From: an uncultured Gammaproteobacteria bacterium
GTDB lineage: Bacteria; Patescibacteriota; Microgenomatia; UBA10105; UBA927
Assembly (NCBI GenBank): GCA_964621305.1
Contig: CAZUOM010000003.1
Coordinates: 14,589-78,588 of the forward strand
Reading direction: 5' to 3'
Length of the DNA: 64,000 bases
Position numbers and translations under genes: made by a program. The notes below the pieces were generated by a model that made no database searches, was not told the origin of the DNA, and saw nothing but the letters and a program-made list of their open reading frames with translations. This document shows positions 47,581 to 57,256 of this stretch, piece after piece. Each line of letters starts with the position of its first letter. Within the stretch, counting starts at the first letter, position 1.

Positions 47581-48124
47581 CATAGGTATAGATATTAGTC
47601 AGATTGCTCATGAGGGGACTGGAGTGGCTACATACGTGAGAGAGATGGTAAAAGCGCTTCTTGGGCAAGATAAAAAGAATGAGTACGTGCTATTTGGCGC
47701 GTCTCTACGGAAACTGCACGTTTTTTTCGAATACTTCCAAACTGTTAACACCTTGAGTAAAAAAATTCGATTAGTCGTTGTTCCCTTTCCACCGACACTT
47801 CTTGAAATTATTTGGAATCGACTCCATGTGCTGCCAATTGAATGGTTTGTAGGAAACATTGACGTTTTTTGGAGCAGCGACTGGGCGCAGCCTCCGCTAA
47901 CATCTGCAAAAGGCATAACGACCATTCACGACCTTATTGCCGTCAGGTTTCCCCGCGAGACTGATCGTAGGATTGTTGCTGCGCATACGCGACGATTGGC
48001 GCATGTTGCAAAAGAATGTCAGGCGATTTTATGCGACAGCCAAGCAACGAAAAAAGATACCGCGACGTTATTAAACGTACCTACTGATCGACTTCATGTG
48101 GTATACCCAGGAGTCAATGTATGA
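47576..48124 (+). CDS. Stand-alone GT4 N-terminal domain
   Basis: MRIGID..TGVA.Y, TTIHDL, CDS.ATK.D, VVYPG then stop. Lacks the nucleotide-binding C-domain. ATGA-coupled to the next gene. Confidence 0.75.
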   Translation: MRIGIDISQIAHEGTGVATYVREMVKALLGQDKKNEYVLFGASLRKLHVFFEYFQTVNTLSKKIRLVVVPFPPTLLEIIWNRLHVLPIEWFVGNIDVFWSSDWAQPPLTSAKGITTIHDLIAVRFPRETDRRIVAAHTRRLAHVAKECQAILCDSQATKKDTATLLNVPTDRLHVVYPGVNV

Positions 48125-49245
48125 TGATAGCAATTGACGGTTATGAGGCAAACGATGTCCATCGAGTAGGAATTGGACGCTACGCCTATGAAATCTTAAA
48201 AAATATTCATCTTTTACGCTCAAGGCACGAATTTCGTATCTATCTTCCCGACCAGCGTCTTGCCGATATGCCCCAGGAGACCGATTGGTGGCGATATCGG
48301 GTACTTTCGCCGAAGCGACTTTGGACATTCTTTCGCCTGCCGCTTGCGTTGAGTGTTGATTTGCCTCGGGCTGATGTCGTGTTTTCTCCGACACATTACG
48401 TTCCTCGGTTTGTTGGCACACCGCGGGTTATGGCCATTATGGACCTTTCTTTTGCGGTTTACCCGGAGATGTTTAGACGCAAAGATCTCCATCAATTGGT
48501 TCACTGGACTAGATATTCAGCCCGTCAGGCAAAGAAAATCCTTACAATCAGCCAGTTTAGCAAGAATGCTATAATTAAGGAGTACGGAAAGAAGCCGGAA
48601 GATGTGGTGGTGACATACCCGGGATTAACAATTAAAAATTCAAAATTCAAAATGCAAAATTATAAGAGTAAATACAGCATCACAAACCCCTATATCCTTT
48701 CAGTAGGCACGTTGCAGCCTAGAAAGAATTTCGTGAGACTTATTGAGGCGTTTTCAAAATTGTTGCCAAAATATCCTCATTTTGAACTTGTTATTGTGGG
48801 TAAAAAAGGTTGGCTGTATGAGGAGATTTTGGATGCTCCGAAGAAGTACGGAGTTATTGGCAGAGTAAAGTTTTTAGATTTCGTTATAGACGAAGATCTT
48901 CCAGCTCTTTATCAGGGTGCGAAGTGCTTTGTTTTGCCTAGTTTATACGAAGGATTTGGCTTGCCGGTTTTGGAGGCAATGGCGCTCGGAACGCCCGTCG
49001 TGGTAAGCAATAGTTCAAGTTTGCCGGAAGTAGCAGGAAAAGCCGGGATTTATGTTGATCCGCTCAATACTGACAGTATAGGCCGCGGCATTGATCAAGT
49101 TTTACAGGAAGAGGGAAAAGCAGTCGGCAAGAATCGAATTGACTTAGGAAAAAAGCAAGCCGGACAATTTACGTGGGAGGCGGCAGCCAAGCAGACCCTG
49201 GAAGTGTTAGAAGGCCTCGCCTTGCGAGGCAAGGCGAGACCTTGA
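48121..49245 (+). CDS. GT4 glycosyltransferase
   Basis: VGTLQPRKN, PSLYEGFGLPVLEAM, SSLPEV. Confidence 0.92.
   Translation: MMIAIDGYEANDVHRVGIGRYAYEILKNIHLLRSRHEFRIYLPDQRLADMPQETDWWRYRVLSPKRLWTFFRLPLALSVDLPRADVVFSPTHYVPRFVGTPRVMAIMDLSFAVYPEMFRRKDLHQLVHWTRYSARQAKKILTISQFSKNAIIKEYGKKPEDVVVTYPGLTIKNSKFKMQNYKSKYSITNPYILSVGTLQPRKNFVRLIEAFSKLLPKYPHFELVIVGKKGWLYEEILDAPKKYGVIGRVKFLDFVIDEDLPALYQGAKCFVLPSLYEGFGLPVLEAMALGTPVVVSNSSSLPEVAGKAGIYVDPLNTDSIGRGIDQVLQEEGKAVGKNRIDLGKKQAGQFTWEAAAKQTLEVLEGLALRGKARP
48628..48665 (+). repeat. Heptamer tract ACAATTA/AAAATTC/AAAATTC/AAAATGC/AAAATT (TIKNSKFKMQNY)
   Basis: Read directly; lies in the GT-B interdomain linker. Confidence 0.85.
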
Positions 49246-49251
49246 AAACAT

Positions 49252-49830
49252 ATGAGAATGTTTATCGATTTCTGGGTTTTTCTTTGTACGCTAACCGGTT
49301 TTATTCCGAGTCATACGATTCGGCTGTTCCTGTACCGCAATTTTTTCCGGGTTAAAATCGGCAAGGACAGCTCGATTCACTGGCTTGCTCGATTTAACAA
49401 TCCCGCAGGAGTTTCGATCGGGAACAATACCGTCATCGGCAACGACGCATTTCTGGACGGAAGATATAAACGCAATGGGGGAAGCTACCTGAAAGACTTT
49501 TTTTCTCCTCGGGTGAGGCCGCTAGTGATAGGCAATAACGTGTCTATTGCAGGTGAAGTAAGGATTTATACGATGCAACATGATGTTGATGACCCGAACT
49601 TTGTAGAAATTGAAGCCCCCGTCGTCATGGGTGACTACGTTGTTATAGGTACGAGGGTGACTATATTGCCAGGAGTTCACATCGGTCAAGGAGCAGTTGT
49701 TGCAAGCGGCGCAGTCGTAACCAAGGACGTTCCCTCATACACGGTCGTGGGCGGAGTTCCGGCGACGTTTATAAGAAATAGAAGTAAGAATTTACGGTAT
49801 ACGTTAAAATTCGCGAGACTGTTTCAATAA
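49252..49830 (+). CDS. Left-handed beta-helix acyltransferase (sugar O-acetyltransferase)
   Basis: Hexapeptide repeats, [24 protein letters not shown]. Confidence 0.9.
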   Translation: MRMFIDFWVFLCTLTGFIPSHTIRLFLYRNFFRVKIGKDSSIHWLARFNNPAGVSIGNNTVIGNDAFLDGRYKRNGGSYLKDFFSPRVRPLVIGNNVSIAGEVRIYTMQHDVDDPNFVEIEAPVVMGDYVVIGTRVTILPGVHIGQGAVVASGAVVTKDVPSYTVVGGVPATFIRNRSKNLRYTLKFARLFQ

Positions 49831-49834
49831 CAAA

Positions 49835-50704
49835 GTGGATCTTTCCATTATTATTCCCAGTTACGGTACGCGAGGCCTCCTCGACCGCTGTTTACGCTCA
49901 ATATATGACAGTCTGAAAGTATCAAAACTATCTTTTGAGATTATAGTCGTCGATAACGCGTCAGATGATGGTTCTGTAGAACTATTGAAGAAGAAATATC
50001 CTCGAGTACAAACAATTTTCAATAAAGATAATTTGGGCTATGGAAAAGCGAATAATCAAGGAATAAAAAAAGCAAAAGGGAAGTACGTGCTTCTTTTAAA
50101 TTCGGATATTTCAGTTGTTGATAGTGGCATAGAACGTCTCTGGCAATTTGCAACAATGCAAAGTAATGCGTTTGTCGGCGGAAAGCTCTTCAACGAAGAC
50201 GGAACTTCACAACCATCTTGCGGCCCCATGTACAGTTTGCCAATCGTGTTCCTAATGCTTTTTACCAAAGGCGATCGCTTGGGCATTACTCGTTACGCTC
50301 CACAGAGAGTCCAGTCGGTAGATTGGGTCTCTGGTGCCTGTCTTATCGGTCCAAAGCTGGCGTTTGTCGAGGTGGGTCTTTTTGATGAGAGAATATTTAT
50401 GTACATGGAAGAAATTGAGTTTCTTTACCGAGCCAAACAGAAAGGGTATACTGTCTTTTTCTATCCGAATGCACACTTTGTCCATACGGGTGCCGCAAGT
50501 AGCGGCGAGCGACGGACACCGGTGGTTAATATCTACCTGGGTCTCTTGTATTTTTATCGGAAACACCGGGGGCCTCTTGCCTTGGGAGTACTTCGACTTC
50601 TATTGGTGGCCAAAGCCTTGGCAGCGATCATCATTGGACGTATGATTGGGAGGAAGGACCTTTTTGTTACATATGAAGAAGCTCTTCGGATGGTTTTTCG
50701 ATAA
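49835..50704 (+). CDS. GT2 glycosyltransferase
   Basis: VVDNAS.DGS, NLGYG.ANN.G, LLNSD, DWVSGAC, FDE..FMY.EE. Confidence 0.9.
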   Translation: MDLSIIIPSYGTRGLLDRCLRSIYDSLKVSKLSFEIIVVDNASDDGSVELLKKKYPRVQTIFNKDNLGYGKANNQGIKKAKGKYVLLLNSDISVVDSGIERLWQFATMQSNAFVGGKLFNEDGTSQPSCGPMYSLPIVFLMLFTKGDRLGITRYAPQRVQSVDWVSGACLIGPKLAFVEVGLFDERIFMYMEEIEFLYRAKQKGYTVFFYPNAHFVHTGAASSGERRTPVVNIYLGLLYFYRKHRGPLALGVLRLLLVAKALAAIIIGRMIGRKDLFVTYEEALRMVFR

Positions 50705-53700
50705 CGCGCTTGCCATCGGAACGCTTTTTTTGTTGGTTTTCATCCCACTTTACCCGAAACTGCCGCTTGTCGATGTGGTGGGTACTTGGGTCTATGTACG
50801 CGCCGAAGATTTCGTGGTTTTTGGCGTGCTATTTTTGTGGGCCGTGGCGTTAATTCGCAACAAGATTACCCTTAGAACGCCGCTGACGGTTCCAATTTTT
50901 CTTTTTTGGATAGCCGGAGCAATCGCGACCCTCCATGGGGTTCTCTTAATATTTCCGACTCTCCATGATGTCTATCAGAACGTTGCGTTTCTAAGTTTCC
51001 TGCGGCGCATCGAGTATATGAGCATGTTTTTCGTGGCCTTTAGCGCGACGAAGGGGAAGGGCAATATCCGCCATGTTATCGCCGTTTTGGCAGCCACACT
51101 GTTTTTAGTGACAGTCTATGGAATCGGTCAAAAGTACTTAGGATTTCCGGCCTTTTTGACGATGAACGAAGAATTTGCCAAAGGTTGGGTGATACGACTT
51201 TCACCACTGTCGCGCATTTCTTCTACTTTTGGCGGCCACTACGATTTTGCAGCCTACCTTGTGCTTGTGGTTCCGATCATAGCCAGTGTCCTTTTTGTGT
51301 TTCGACATTGGCTATTACGAACGGTGTTGATACTTCTTATTCTACTTTCTGCAATCGCTATGTTTATGACGGTATCGAGAATATCTTTTCTTGCGCTGGT
51401 TGCCGCTATCGCTTTGGTATTGCTGTTTCACAAAAGTAAACTTGTCTTAGTAGCTATACCGGCAGCGGCTCTTGCAGCAGCAGCGACAATCATTGTCTCG
51501 CCGACGCTTCTTTCGCGTTTTGGCAGCACGGTCAAAGAGATCGATGTTATTGTGGATGCCAAAACGCAGCGCGTAATCGGACACCCTCGGGAAGTTCCCA
51601 ATACCTATTTTGTTGATAAGGTCATTCATCAGCAGTTCCTTACTGACATTTCTGATGTTTCACTAACTGCCAGTGCGTCTGCAGATGTTGTCATTCCTTA
51701 TAAAAATCTTCCCGCCTCCGTTGTTCTTTTGACCCAACCCAGCGCGCCAACGGGGGAAGATTTACCACCCGGAACAGGTTATATCAACTTATCGCTTTCT
51801 CCTATCAAAAGAAAAATCGGAAATTTTTATTATGAACCCAAAAAGGCTGTACCGGCAGCTGGCGGACCGGTTTTTGTAATCAATGGAAATTTTTTGGTAA
51901 GGCGCGTATTAACCTATGATTTATCATTTACCACAAGATTTCAGGGCGGATGGCCGCGTACTCTTGCTGCTTTTAAACGAAATGTGTTTTTTGGTAGCGG
52001 CTACGGTTCGGTGGGTCTAGCGGTTGACAACAGTTACCTGCGTATGCTCGGAGAGACAGGGATATTTGGCTTTGCTTCGTTTCTCGGAATATTTCTGATC
52101 ATGGCTATTGTGATAAGAAAAAAATTCTCGAGTCTCACAGATCATCTTGAAAAAAGTTTTCTGGTTGGTTTTTGTGCAGGGCTGGTAGGTTTGGCATTTA
52201 ACGCGCTATTTATAGACGTTTTTGAAGCTTCGAAAGTTGCGTTCGTGTTATGGATTTTGGCAGGAATTGCAATGGGAATACTTGTTGGCTACCGAGACAG
52301 CACCGTTAAACTCGTCAAGGAGCTTCGAACTGCCATCTCCTCTTCCGTTGCCGTGGTTTTGTCGTTGTTTGTTGTTGCAATTTTGATTTATTCTCCACTA
52401 CTCCGAAATGGATTCGTCGGCGATGACTTTACCTGGTTCCGCTGGGTTTCTGATTGTGGTGCCAGCGAGATAGTACAGCGATGCCCTCCTGCTATTTCGA
52501 CGATCCAAGATTTTTTTACTAATGCCAGTGGATTTTTTTACCGGCCAGGAGCAAAAATATATTTTTTAGCTATGTACTGGTTGTTCTGGCTAAACCAAAA
52601 CGCCTACCACGTCGTTTCACTGCTTTTACATTTTGGGGTTAGCGTCCTAGTTTTTTTCCTTGCCAAGAAGATAGTCAAAACGATTCTTGCCTCTGCGGCA
52701 GTGGCATTTCTGTTTCTCCTGTCAAGCGGGACGATTGAGGCAGTTCATTGGATCTCTGCGACAGGATTCCTCTGGGCGACAGCCTTTTCTCTTTTGAGCT
52801 TACTCGCATTTATCTCGTGGCAAGAAAAAAGAAAGACGTTTCTTTTTTCGGCTACCCTTATATTTTTCGTCTTGGCGCTTCTGTTTCATGAGTTAGCTAT
52901 TGTTACGCCCTTATTGTATTTGGTGTACGTATTTGTAGCAGGCGGTGCTGTTCCAAAGGTTCTTTTTTCACCTATACCTCTCTACCTTATCGTGAGATTC
53001 TTGGCTGGCAGCCACTGGTTTAGCGGAGATTACAATTATAATCTCTTTAAATTACCTTTTAACGCGGTTGGCAACTCCTTAGGATATTTCTCACTCGCCC
53101 TGTTTGGTCCGGCTTCGACTCCATTTTACTCTTCTCTTAGAAATTTACTCAGAGACAACATTTTAATAGCTGTTGGTGCAATTGCGCTACTTCTTCCATC
53201 TGTTTTTTATACAGGAAAGCAATTTTTTATTCGACTTCAAAAAGACAACCAAAAAGCATTTTTGTTCGGTTTGTTATTTTTTCTAGCTTCTTTGCTTCCT
53301 TTTCTAGGCTTGGGAAACATGTCGTCACGATATGGTTATGTTGCCGCTATTGGCGTAATGTTTATGTTAGTGGTTTTTCTCAAAAATCTATATACGTTTT
53401 TGTTAGGCAATGGTCGAGCAATTGCCTTATTAGGAATAACGATTACGGTAAGCTCGTTTAGTCTGTTTCAACTTATTCAACAGCAGCAGTTGCATAGCGA
53501 CTGGTATGAGGCAGGTGAAAAAACTAAAAGGTTTATTAACTCTATAGCGGCCTACTATGAAGATGAGTGGACTACTCAACCAATTGAAATTCACTTGGTT
53601 AACGTTCCAATTCGCATGGGCGAGGCGTGGGTATTTCCCGTGGGTATTGATGACGCGCTTTTTTTAATATTTCGTAATCAACAGATGAAAATATATAAGT

Positions 53701-53819
53701 GGCCGTCGCTACTCGCTGCATTCGACGCAGTCTCTTATAACTCACAGACACAAAGGGTATTTATGTTCGATAGAGATGGTAACGTCACGGAACAGAAAAA
53801 AGTCAAGATCGCGCAATGA
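50673..53819 (+). CDS. Fusion: O-antigen-ligase/Wzy_C-like N-half plus GT-C (TMTC-like) C-half
   Basis: R.SSTFGGHYD.AAYL, SR.SF, G.GY....A.DN.YLR.LGE.G, then F.GDDF, FYRP, YH..SL.LH, HE, RY.Y. Confidence 0.7.
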   Translation: MKKLFGWFFDNALAIGTLFLLVFIPLYPKLPLVDVVGTWVYVRAEDFVVFGVLFLWAVALIRNKITLRTPLTVPIFLFWIAGAIATLHGVLLIFPTLHDVYQNVAFLSFLRRIEYMSMFFVAFSATKGKGNIRHVIAVLAATLFLVTVYGIGQKYLGFPAFLTMNEEFAKGWVIRLSPLSRISSTFGGHYDFAAYLVLVVPIIASVLFVFRHWLLRTVLILLILLSAIAMFMTVSRISFLALVAAIALVLLFHKSKLVLVAIPAAALAAAATIIVSPTLLSRFGSTVKEIDVIVDAKTQRVIGHPREVPNTYFVDKVIHQQFLTDISDVSLTASASADVVIPYKNLPASVVLLTQPSAPTGEDLPPGTGYINLSLSPIKRKIGNFYYEPKKAVPAAGGPVFVINGNFLVRRVLTYDLSFTTRFQGGWPRTLAAFKRNVFFGSGYGSVGLAVDNSYLRMLGETGIFGFASFLGIFLIMAIVIRKKFSSLTDHLEKSFLVGFCAGLVGLAFNALFIDVFEASKVAFVLWILAGIAMGILVGYRDSTVKLVKELRTAISSSVAVVLSLFVVAILIYSPLLRNGFVGDDFTWFRWVSDCGASEIVQRCPPAISTIQDFFTNASGFFYRPGAKIYFLAMYWLFWLNQNAYHVVSLLLHFGVSVLVFFLAKKIVKTILASAAVAFLFLLSSGTIEAVHWISATGFLWATAFSLLSLLAFISWQEKRKTFLFSATLIFFVLALLFHELAIVTPLLYLVYVFVAGGAVPKVLFSPIPLYLIVRFLAGSHWFSGDYNYNLFKLPFNAVGNSLGYFSLALFGPASTPFYSSLRNLLRDNILIAVGAIALLLPSVFYTGKQFFIRLQKDNQKAFLFGLLFFLASLLPFLGLGNMSSRYGYVAAIGVMFMLVVFLKNLYTFLLGNGRAIALLGITITVSSFSLFQLIQQQQLHSDWYEAGEKTKRFINSIAAYYEDEWTTQPIEIHLVNVPIRMGEAWVFPVGIDDALFLIFRNQQMKIYKWPSLLAAFDAVSYNSQTQRVFMFDRDGNVTEQKKVKIAQ

Positions 53820-55213
53820 AGAAAGAACTTTTGTTAGTTTTAATACTTTTAGCTGTCGCAATAGCAGTTCGACTTTACAGGATCGATCAGCCCATGGCTG
53901 ACTGGCATAGTTTCCGCCAGGCTGATACGGCGGCCGTAGCCCGCAATTTCGAGATATTTGGATTTGATCCTCTGCGACCACGCGGCATTGACCTTTCCAA
54001 CATTCAGTCAGGAAAAGACAATCCGATGGGTTGGAGGATGGTGGAGTTTCCGCTCTATCAATCCGTTGGGTACAGGATAAAGAAGCTCTTTCCGTCTCTC
54101 TCATGGGAGGTTGCTTTGCGGCTAACTACGGTTGTTGCCTCATCGCTGACGGCACTTCTTTTGGCAGTAATCGTTCGACGTAGCGTTGGAATTCTCGCCG
54201 GCTTCATCACCTTTCTTTCTTTTGCGATTTTGCCATACAGCATTTTTTACGGCCGCGCGATCTTGCCGGAGCCTTTTATGGTTTTTTGGGCAGTTTTGAG
54301 TGTGTTTCTCCTTGCTCGCGGGCTTCCTGTTCCTTCCGCATTTGCTGCAGCTGTTGCCCTTTTGGTGAAACCGACCGCTCTATTTCTCCTTTTTCCCGTA
54401 CCGTACTTATTTTTCCGAAAGTTTTCTTTTTCAAAGCATTTGCTTATTTACTTATTTGTTTATTTACTTATTTGTTTATTACCCCTGTGGTGGTGGAGGG
54501 TCTGGATTCAACAGTTTCCGGAAGGAATACCGGTATTTAGTTGGCTTCTTAATGAAGGGAATATTCGACTAAAAGGCGCGTGGTTTTATTGGTTATTCGC
54601 CGAACGCCTGGGAAAGTTAATTCTTGGCTACTGGGGGCTTATACCTTTTGCGCTAGGCCTCTTAGTAGCTCCGTCAAAAAAAGAAGGTTGGCTTTTTCGA
54701 TTGTGGGGGATTGGAGCAATGGCGTATTTAATGGTTGTTGCAAGAGGTAACGTACAACATGATTATTACCAGATTCTCCTTTTACCGGTAATAAGCGTTT
54801 ATCTTGGAAAAGGATTTGCATTTTTATTAACTACTCCTGTTTTTTCCAAATTTATCACTTATCCCTTATCATTTATTACCTTTTTATTCATGCTCGCCTT
54901 TTCCTGGCATACAGTTCGCACCTACTATTGGATCAATCGGCCAGAAATTGTTGAGGCAGGAAAGGAAGCTGATAAAAATTTGCCTCCAAATGCTAAAGTT
55001 ATCGCTCCCTATCAGGGCGATACGACATTCCTTTATCAAATCAACAGAGTTGGTTGGCCGCTGGGGTTTGAGATCGATAAAAAAATAGCCATGGGTGCCA
55101 CCCACTACGTGACTGTGTCGCCAACCGATGCTGACCTTGAGACGAAAGAGCTCGCCGAAAAATATACTGTTTTAGTTCGCAACGACAAATTCGCCATTAT
55201 CGATCTCAGATGA
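53816..55213 (+). CDS. ArnT/GT39-like GT-C membrane glycosyltransferase
   Basis: DWHSFRQADTA..ARNF, EFPLY, Y.R..LPE, KP, HDYYQ. Confidence 0.82.
   Translation: MKKELLLVLILLAVAIAVRLYRIDQPMADWHSFRQADTAAVARNFEIFGFDPLRPRGIDLSNIQSGKDNPMGWRMVEFPLYQSVGYRIKKLFPSLSWEVALRLTTVVASSLTALLLAVIVRRSVGILAGFITFLSFAILPYSIFYGRAILPEPFMVFWAVLSVFLLARGLPVPSAFAAAVALLVKPTALFLLFPVPYLFFRKFSFSKHLLIYLFVYLLICLLPLWWWRVWIQQFPEGIPVFSWLLNEGNIRLKGAWFYWLFAERLGKLILGYWGLIPFALGLLVAPSKKEGWLFRLWGIGAMAYLMVVARGNVQHDYYQILLLPVISVYLGKGFAFLLTTPVFSKFITYPLSFITFLFMLAFSWHTVRTYYWINRPEIVEAGKEADKNLPPNAKVIAPYQGDTTFLYQINRVGWPLGFEIDKKIAMGATHYVTVSPTDADLETKELAEKYTVLVRNDKFAIIDLR
54438..54480 (+). repeat. Octamer tandem repeat ATTTRYTT x5 encoding a hydrophobic helix (HLLIYLFVYLLICLL)
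   Basis: Read directly. Confidence 0.9.
54852..54879 (+). repeat. Heptamer tract TTATCAC/TTATCCC/TTATCAT/TTATTAC (FITYPLSFIT)
   Basis: Read directly. Confidence 0.8.
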
Positions 55214-56385
55214 AAATTCTTTTTGTCTCAGCCCTCTTGCCGTACCCTCCCCATCAAGGAGGGCAAGTCCGGATGTTTAACCTGCTCAAGCGAGTTGCCA
55301 AAAATCACGACGTGACGCTTCTGTCTTTTATTCGGAGTAATGATGAGATTGGGCATATTAAGAGCTTGGACTTTTGCAAAAAGGTTATTCCTGTTATGCG
55401 GGGCTCCGCTTGGCAATCAAAATATATTTTGCGGGCGGCTCTAACCAATATTCCACTTCTCTATGCAACCTATGAAAACGGGGAGATGCGACAAACGATT
55501 ACCAGAGAACTTGCTACAGGAGGTTATGACCTTATACATCTTGAGCCAAGTTACGTGCGGCCATCGCTACCAGATACAAAAATTCCTACAGTTGTAACAG
55601 AACACAACATTGAGTCGAGTGTTTATAGCGGGTTTGTCCGGCGTTTTCCGATTATTTTTGCAAGACCACTATTGTTCTTCGACGTAATTAAGCTTTGGTT
55701 TGGAGAGCGACAGATATGGAAAAAGGCAAATCATGTAATTGCTGTTTCAGAGCAAGATGCAGCTGTTATTAAAAAAGTTAATCTTAATGTAGCCGTAGTG
55801 TCAAATGGTGTGGATTTAGAAACATATTCATTCCGGCCAAAAATTAATAAAGGTGAACTGATATTTTTGTTTGTCGGATATTTTGGCTGGCTCCAAAACC
55901 GCGATGCGCTAACCTATTTAATGGAAAGCATTTGGCCAAAGATAATAGTGCAATTTCCGGGTGCGAAACTTCGGGTCGTAGGTAAAAATTTACCAAAAAC
56001 TTTGGCTAAAAAACTTAAAGGCGAATACATTTCAGAAGTAAGCGATCTTGCTTCTGAATATCATAATGCGGATCTTCTGTTGGCTCCGATTAGAATCGGA
56101 GGTGGAACGCGATATAAAATATTGGAAGCGATGGCTTGTGGCACGCCAGTCATAACGACAACCAAAGGCGCCCAAGGTTTGGGGGTCAGTGATCGAAAAG
56201 AACTTTTGATCGCCGATACGCCAGCGGCAACGGTAGACGCTATGAACAAGCTCACTGCCGAGCCTCGATTAAGGAAGGAAATGGTTAGCTTCGCGCGAAA
56301 ACTTGTCGAAAAAAGATATTCGTGGGATTTGCTTGCCCGAAAATTGGAAGGAGTTTGGCAGCATGCCGCAAAAAAATCACGCTGA
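55210..56385 (+). CDS. GT4 glycosyltransferase
   Basis: PYPP..GG..R, EHNIE, NGVD, APIR.GGGT..KILEAMA.G. Confidence 0.9.
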   Translation: MKILFVSALLPYPPHQGGQVRMFNLLKRVAKNHDVTLLSFIRSNDEIGHIKSLDFCKKVIPVMRGSAWQSKYILRAALTNIPLLYATYENGEMRQTITRELATGGYDLIHLEPSYVRPSLPDTKIPTVVTEHNIESSVYSGFVRRFPIIFARPLLFFDVIKLWFGERQIWKKANHVIAVSEQDAAVIKKVNLNVAVVSNGVDLETYSFRPKINKGELIFLFVGYFGWLQNRDALTYLMESIWPKIIVQFPGAKLRVVGKNLPKTLAKKLKGEYISEVSDLASEYHNADLLLAPIRIGGGTRYKILEAMACGTPVITTTKGAQGLGVSDRKELLIADTPAATVDAMNKLTAEPRLRKEMVSFARKLVEKRYSWDLLARKLEGVWQHAAKKSR

Positions 56386-57232
56386 ACTTTCCATTATTGT
56401 AGTTTCTTATAATACCAAAGACCTCACGCGACAGTGTTTGGCGTCACTCCTTGCCGCCAAAACAAAAAAAGACTCATGGGAAATTATTGTCGTCGACAAC
56501 GCCTCGACCGACGGTTCGGCTCAAATAATTAAAAAGGAATTTCCAACGGTGAAACTAATGAATCAACACGGCAATCTCGGCTTTTCAGTCGGCAATAACG
56601 TTGGTATTCGACGATCTGGAGGGCGTTACATCCTGCTTCTTAATTCGGATACCGAAATAAGACCTGGATCAATTCAAAAAACGCTTGAGTTTCTCAAGAG
56701 TCAACCGGGTGTCGGAGTTGCGACGTGTAAGCTTGTGCAAGAGGATGGTTCTATGGATCCGGCCTGCCACCGAGGGTTTCCAACTCCATGGGCTTCTCTA
56801 ACGTATTTTTCCGGGCTCGAGCGACTGTTTCCCAGATTAAGATTTTTTGGACAATATCATCAAGGATATAAAGATTTACATGAGGCGCACGAAATCGATA
56901 GCCCAAGTGGAGCTTTTTTCATGGTCAGGAGAGAGGTAATCGACGCTGTTGGTCTTCTTGATGAGCAGTTTTTTATGTACGGCGAAGATCTTGATTGGGC
57001 TTATCGTATTAAACAAGCTGGGTGGAAAATAATGTTTTACCCGCAGGTGAGTGTTCTTCACAAGAAATGGCAAAGCGGAAAAGCCCACGCGGATGAAGTT
57101 ATCCGTAAAGAAACTCAAGAGCATTTTTCCGAATCAATGCAACTATTTTACAAAAAACATTACCAACACCGCTACGGGTGGCTGGTAACAGCGCTCGTTA
57201 TTTTAGGAATAAAACTTCATTCATTCAGGTAA
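56363..57232 (+). CDS. GT2 glycosyltransferase (rhamnosyltransferase-like)
   Basis: IVSYNT, VDNASTDGS, LLNSDT, LLDE.FFMYGED.DW. Confidence 0.9.
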   Translation: MPQKNHAELSIIVVSYNTKDLTRQCLASLLAAKTKKDSWEIIVVDNASTDGSAQIIKKEFPTVKLMNQHGNLGFSVGNNVGIRRSGGRYILLLNSDTEIRPGSIQKTLEFLKSQPGVGVATCKLVQEDGSMDPACHRGFPTPWASLTYFSGLERLFPRLRFFGQYHQGYKDLHEAHEIDSPSGAFFMVRREVIDAVGLLDEQFFMYGEDLDWAYRIKQAGWKIMFYPQVSVLHKKWQSGKAHADEVIRKETQEHFSESMQLFYKKHYQHRYGWLVTALVILGIKLHSFR

Positions 57233-57256
57233 ACTTACAAACCGAGATCGTTATAT

